A stretch of 12,392 nucleotides of DNA from Promethearchaeati archaeon. Lineage in GTDB: Archaea; Asgardarchaeota; Heimdallarchaeia; JABLTI01. Below, in pieces: positions 8,914-12,392 of this stretch. Numbering within the stretch: position 1 is the first letter of the stretch; every line of letters starts with the position of its first letter. Both the position numbers and the translations under genes were made by a program. Where the stretch lies: positions 1 through 12,392 of the forward strand of contig JABLTI010000104.1 in assembly GCA_013166835.1 (NCBI GenBank), written 5' to 3'. The notes beneath the pieces were generated by a model. It saw only the letters and a program-made list of their open reading frames with translations, had not been told where the DNA came from and did no database searches.

Positions 8914-9426
8914 TTACTTGCCATATAATTGCTTGAGCAAGATTTCTCTAGCTATAGATTGGAAAGCTCTCTTAACACCTATTCCTTTTGTAGCAATTGT
9001 TTCATAAACAGGATAACCATCAAGACCAAGTCCGGAAAGCATTTCAGGTCGAGTAAGAGCGCCTGGAACATCCCTTTTATTCAAAGTAACAACAATGGGG
9101 ACTTCTTTTCCAAAACTATCTCCTAAGAAATCTTTGAGTTCATCAACGGATTCTTGATTATATTTTTGCATTTCTGGAGTGGAATCTAGCATAAGAATGA
9201 TTCCATCAACGCCACGAAGGATAACTTTCCTTTGGCTTTTGTGTCTAGTCTGTCCAGCTACTGTATAGGCATCAAGAATAACTCGTCCAGAAGCTGAAAA
9301 TGGGGTAAAATCGAAATAAAGAGTTCTACCAGTAGGATCAGCGATTGATGTAAAACCACCTTTAGTTAAACCTTCAACCTGGTCGTAGAGCCATCGTAAA
9401 CCTGTAGTTTTTTCATTGTGTGCTAT
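8914..9426 (-). pseudogene. 5'-truncated MglA-type small GTPase
   Basis: The frame of the 92-aa ORF stays open to 9426 (stop at 9429-9427) and reads IAHNE-KTTGLRWLYDQVEG...TGRTLYFDF...YTVAGQ...ILRGVDGIILMLDS...TLNKRD...ETIATKGIGV. It has MglA-type G2-G5 motifs but only the KTT end of G1, and no in-frame start codon upstream of KTT. Confidence 0.75.
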
Positions 9427-9557
9427 TTATAAGGGAAATTATATGCGTTATATGTTTTTCTATCTAGTGCTACGGTTAATTCTTTTCGTGTTGGATAAAA
9501 AAACTATTGGTTGGTGTAAATCTTATCCTTAAGAATACTTTCTTTGCTACTAAATAA

Positions 9558-11042
9558 TCATCTTGTAGGATGCCTATCAGGATGCTTGTCTGAGTAGTAT
9601 CTAAGTAAATCTGTGAAACCAAAATCAAGACTTGTTTGTTGTGCTTCCTTTAATTGTTGCTCGATCATGTAGATTTTTTGTGTTGTTTTCTCTCTTCTTG
9701 AGAAATAAACTTCTGGAGTAATACTTCGATCATTAAAAGCTTTAATTAGTTCACGAAGTGTATCTTTAGCAGCTTTCAATTCAATCTTGAGATTCATTAC
9801 TTCTTCAGATTCAACTTGTCGTCTAGGTTCAATAGGTCGTTCTCTGAGTTGCTGTGTAGAGGGTGAAAAAGGTATTTCCTTCAAATCCTTAATACGTTTA
9901 TCGAGCTTGTCTTTTAGATGACTAAAGTTTAGTGTAGCTCGGTAATTTTCCATCATATATGGATCTGTAACAATATAATTTTCATTTTCATTAAAAAGAA
10001 TACCAAAAATGAATTTGAGTTTAGTAATGATGTCATCTGGACATTTTATTTTGATTAAACTCTTTTCAGACATGTTGATGAATAATTGATTCCCAGTGAA
10101 AATGTTACTCTTGGAATCTATATCTTTAATCATGGAAATAGGAACAGATTTAACTTTTTTATTGAGTAGTTTTGATCTAAGTAAGAAGTACATTTTCTTA
10201 TTAGTTATAAATAGAGTACCAACTTTCTTGCGTTTATCTGATGGGAAGGCCATTTTAATATTTGGAAAAGCAGCAATCTTGAGTTCATATATTTCAGGTT
10301 CGAATTTCTCAACAACATTATCGAATAATTCTGAATATAATTTTAATTCTTTTACTTTTACTTCAATGTCTTCCAATTCATTCAAAGGATCACTAAGATA
10401 ATCAGTGAGAATATTGGAGTAACTTAATGCATGAGTTTTAATAATTTTGAGAGTTTTATCGATTCCCCTTAATTTACTGACGGAAATATTTTGATTGAAG
10501 ATAAGAGTTCTAGCATCTTGATATATATGTTGACTAACTTTGTCTAGGATTTCTGATGCTCTTTGAATTATTTCATAAAAGAGATCTTGTATGCGCAATA
10601 AGTTACCTTCAATGTTTGGATAAAGCCCAAAACGTTCTCTACGCATATGTTTTGCTTGAGTTACAATTTCAGAATACTTATTAGCAAAAGCTTTGATAGT
10701 ATCCAGACCTGTGCTTAACGAATTAACGTTACTGCTAAATTCCTCCGTAAGTCCATCGATTTTTCTCTTTGAATCTTTGATCTTAATTGATGAACACATT
10801 GGACATCGTTTCAAAGTTTTCTCAGCAGTTAGATGGTTTATTTTCCCGCAAATTTCACACTTATTTCCAATGCTTATGTGCGAACACTCATTACAATAGG
10901 TACAATCAGTTTTCTCAGAAACAATGCAAGCAGTGCAAAACGTGCCACCACATTCTTCACAATAATATAGATAATCATTATATTGATAACACTTTAAGCA
11001 TTTTTTATTCGAATCATATCCCAATTTTAGTCTCACGCTCAA
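9558..11042 (-). CDS. Multidomain protein: FYVE-like multi-zinc finger, helical/coiled-coil stalk, PH/GRAM-like domain and steadiness-box-like C-terminus
   Basis: 494-aa ORF. Six CxxC pairs in residues 15-83; helical residues about 90-245; GTLFITNKKMYF followed by beta-rich sequence (about 248-350); AAKDTLRELIKAFNDRSITPEVYF...KIYMIEQQL (424-464). The ORF itself is secure, the domain calls are by eye. Confidence 0.7.
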   Translation of the reverse strand: MSVRLKLGYDSNKKCLKCYQYNDYLYYCEECGGTFCTACIVSEKTDCTYCNECSHISIGNKCEICGKINHLTAEKTLKRCPMCSSIKIKDSKRKIDGLTEEFSSNVNSLSTGLDTIKAFANKYSEIVTQAKHMRRERFGLYPNIEGNLLRIQDLFYEIIQRASEILDKVSQHIYQDARTLIFNQNISVSKLRGIDKTLKIIKTHALSYSNILTDYLSDPLNELEDIEVKVKELKLYSELFDNVVEKFEPEIYELKIAAFPNIKMAFPSDKRKKVGTLFITNKKMYFLLRSKLLNKKVKSVPISMIKDIDSKSNIFTGNQLFINMSEKSLIKIKCPDDIITKLKFIFGILFNENENYIVTDPYMMENYRATLNFSHLKDKLDKRIKDLKEIPFSPSTQQLRERPIEPRRQVESEEVMNLKIELKAAKDTLRELIKAFNDRSITPEVYFSRREKTTQKIYMIEQQLKEAQQTSLDFGFTDLLRYYSDKHPDRHPTR

Positions 11043-11355
11043 ATTGTTTGTGGTTCCAAGTCGTTAATACAAAAGTATTCAACGAGTGATACTATCATCT
11101 AAATGTAATCTCATAAGCACAGATTCTTACATCTAGTAATTTTATTTCATATAAAAGAAGGCTTTATTTGAAAATAAGTGATTGTAATATGAGGATGTTT
11201 TCCTAACAATGCTTAAAATAACTGTTTTTTCTTGCTTTACATTATAAAGCAAACATTTTAGGTATGCTTTAAACGAAAAATAAATGAAGGGTGAAACTAA
11301 ATAATTAATACCTAAGTGAAAATATAATATTGTGAATGAAGGTGTGCTAAAAGGG

Positions 11356-12392
11356 ATGGAAGACAAGAAATCATCAGACTTCCTTTGGAAGATTGTACTC
11401 TGCGGTACAAGTTTCGTAGGCAAAACAACAGTAAGAAAAAGAGCTATGGGAGAGCATTTTGCAGAAGAGTATATTTCAACCGTAGGAGCTGATTTTTCTT
11501 CATATAAATTAAAACTTGGAGATTTGACTATAGGATTTCAAGTATGGGACTTAGCTGGTCAAGACAAGTACAAATATATTCGCTCAAGTTTTTATGGAGG
11601 AGCAACAGGATGCTTCTTAGTTTTTGATGTTACAAATCCAAAATCCATGAAGGATTTATCCTCATGGGTGGACGAAGCAATTAGATATTCAAATGGAACT
11701 ATTGAGATTTTTGTGATTTGTGCGAATAAAATTGATTTGAAAGATAATCGAGAAATAACAAAGGATATGGGAGAACAATATGCTTTAGCATTAAGAGAGA
11801 GCTCTGGTCTTCAATGCGAATATATTGAAACATCTGCACTAACTGGAGAAAACATTGACGTTGCTTTTGATTTAATGGCAAAGTGTTTACTTGAACGTGA
11901 AGGAATTAGTCCTGTTGGACCAAAAGAAGAAATTATTGAGGTAGCTGAAGAAAAGACCGCAAGTGTTACTGAAGCTCAAATAGAAGGATCCGAACCTTTG
12001 GCTGTTGAAAGTATTAGCGAAACATCCACTACCAAAGTAATTGATACAATACCATCGACAAGTAAATCAATAATCATAGAGGAAGATAGTGGGGAAGCAA
12101 CAGAGAAATTAATTGCAGAAGTAATGGCTGTTCTCGATGAAACTGATGAGATAATTATCGGACGGGAAAAAACAGAAGATGGAGAACGAGCAATAACAAT
12201 TACCAAGGATGAAATAACAGAACGCGTTGTAGACGACGATGAACAAGCTCCTGAAATTAGTAACGAATTGGAACGAGTTCTGGGACAAATAAATATCAAA
12301 CTTGACAGCTTAACTGATCGATTAAAAGGTCTAGAAGAAGAAATTTCTCAAGTAAAACCTGAAGAATTAGTGGCAGAACCAGAAGAGGAAAT
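11356..12392 (+). CDS. Rab-like small GTPase with long acidic C-terminal extension (3' partial)
   Basis: Manual translation gives 345 codons with no stop up to the window end: KIVLCGTSFVGKTT (G1), YISTVGADF (G2), QVWDLAGQ (G3), ANKIDL (G4), ETSALTG (G5). GAAGGTG SD-like motif at 11338-11344. In-frame GTG alternatives at 11332 and 11344. Missing from the ORF track. Confidence 0.92.
   Translation, partial: MEDKKSSDFLWKIVLCGTSFVGKTTVRKRAMGEHFAEEYISTVGADFSSYKLKLGDLTIGFQVWDLAGQDKYKYIRSSFYGGATGCFLVFDVTNPKSMKDLSSWVDEAIRYSNGTIEIFVICANKIDLKDNREITKDMGEQYALALRESSGLQCEYIETSALTGENIDVAFDLMAKCLLEREGISPVGPKEEIIEVAEEKTASVTEAQIEGSEPLAVESISETSTTKVIDTIPSTSKSIIIEEDSGEATEKLIAEVMAVLDETDEIIIGREKTEDGERAITITKDEITERVVDDDEQAPEISNELERVLGQINIKLDSLTDRLKGLEEEISQVKPEELVAEPEEE

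Noticed and set aside
8914-9192. The 92-aa ORF as a complete gene, and antisense ORF 8929-9126
   Set aside because: The ATG at 9192 is internal to the GTPase fold and homology extends to 9411. The antisense ORF is a shadow.
10096-11089. Plus-strand ORFs 10096-10401, 10693-10899 and 10787-11089
   Set aside because: Antisense shadows of the 494-aa gene.
11142-12299. Minus-strand ORFs 11142-11423, 11699-11881 and 11976-12299
   Set aside because: Antisense to the clear Rab-like GTPase and its upstream region.
1-12392. CRISPR array, tRNA/rRNA genes, transposase or integrase
   Set aside because: No regularly spaced repeats, cloverleaf structures or mobile-element motifs were seen by eye.

Overview
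AT-rich archaeal window, most likely from an Asgard archaeon. This is inferred from archaeal TFB, RFC and AhcY genes co-occurring with a Rab-like GTPase, an MglA-like GTPase and a PLAT/LH2 protein. The left part holds the 3' end of a CopG/ribbon-helix-helix regulator, a structured intergenic segment, ahcY, rfcS and tfb. The middle holds a stand-alone PLAT/LH2 protein, a nucleotide-sugar dehydrogenase, a YyaL/SPATA20-like thioredoxin-domain protein and a BCP peroxiredoxin. The right part is the most interesting, a candidate membrane-trafficking cluster: (i) an MglA-type small GTPase whose P-loop N-terminus is missing; (ii) a 494-aa protein with a FYVE-like multi-zinc finger, a helical stalk, a PH/GRAM-like domain and a C-terminal segment that matches my recollection of the ESCRT-I steadiness box; (iii) a divergently transcribed Rab-like GTPase with a long acidic tail, absent from the ORF track because it runs off the window. 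All domain calls are by-eye motif recognition; no database searches were run.
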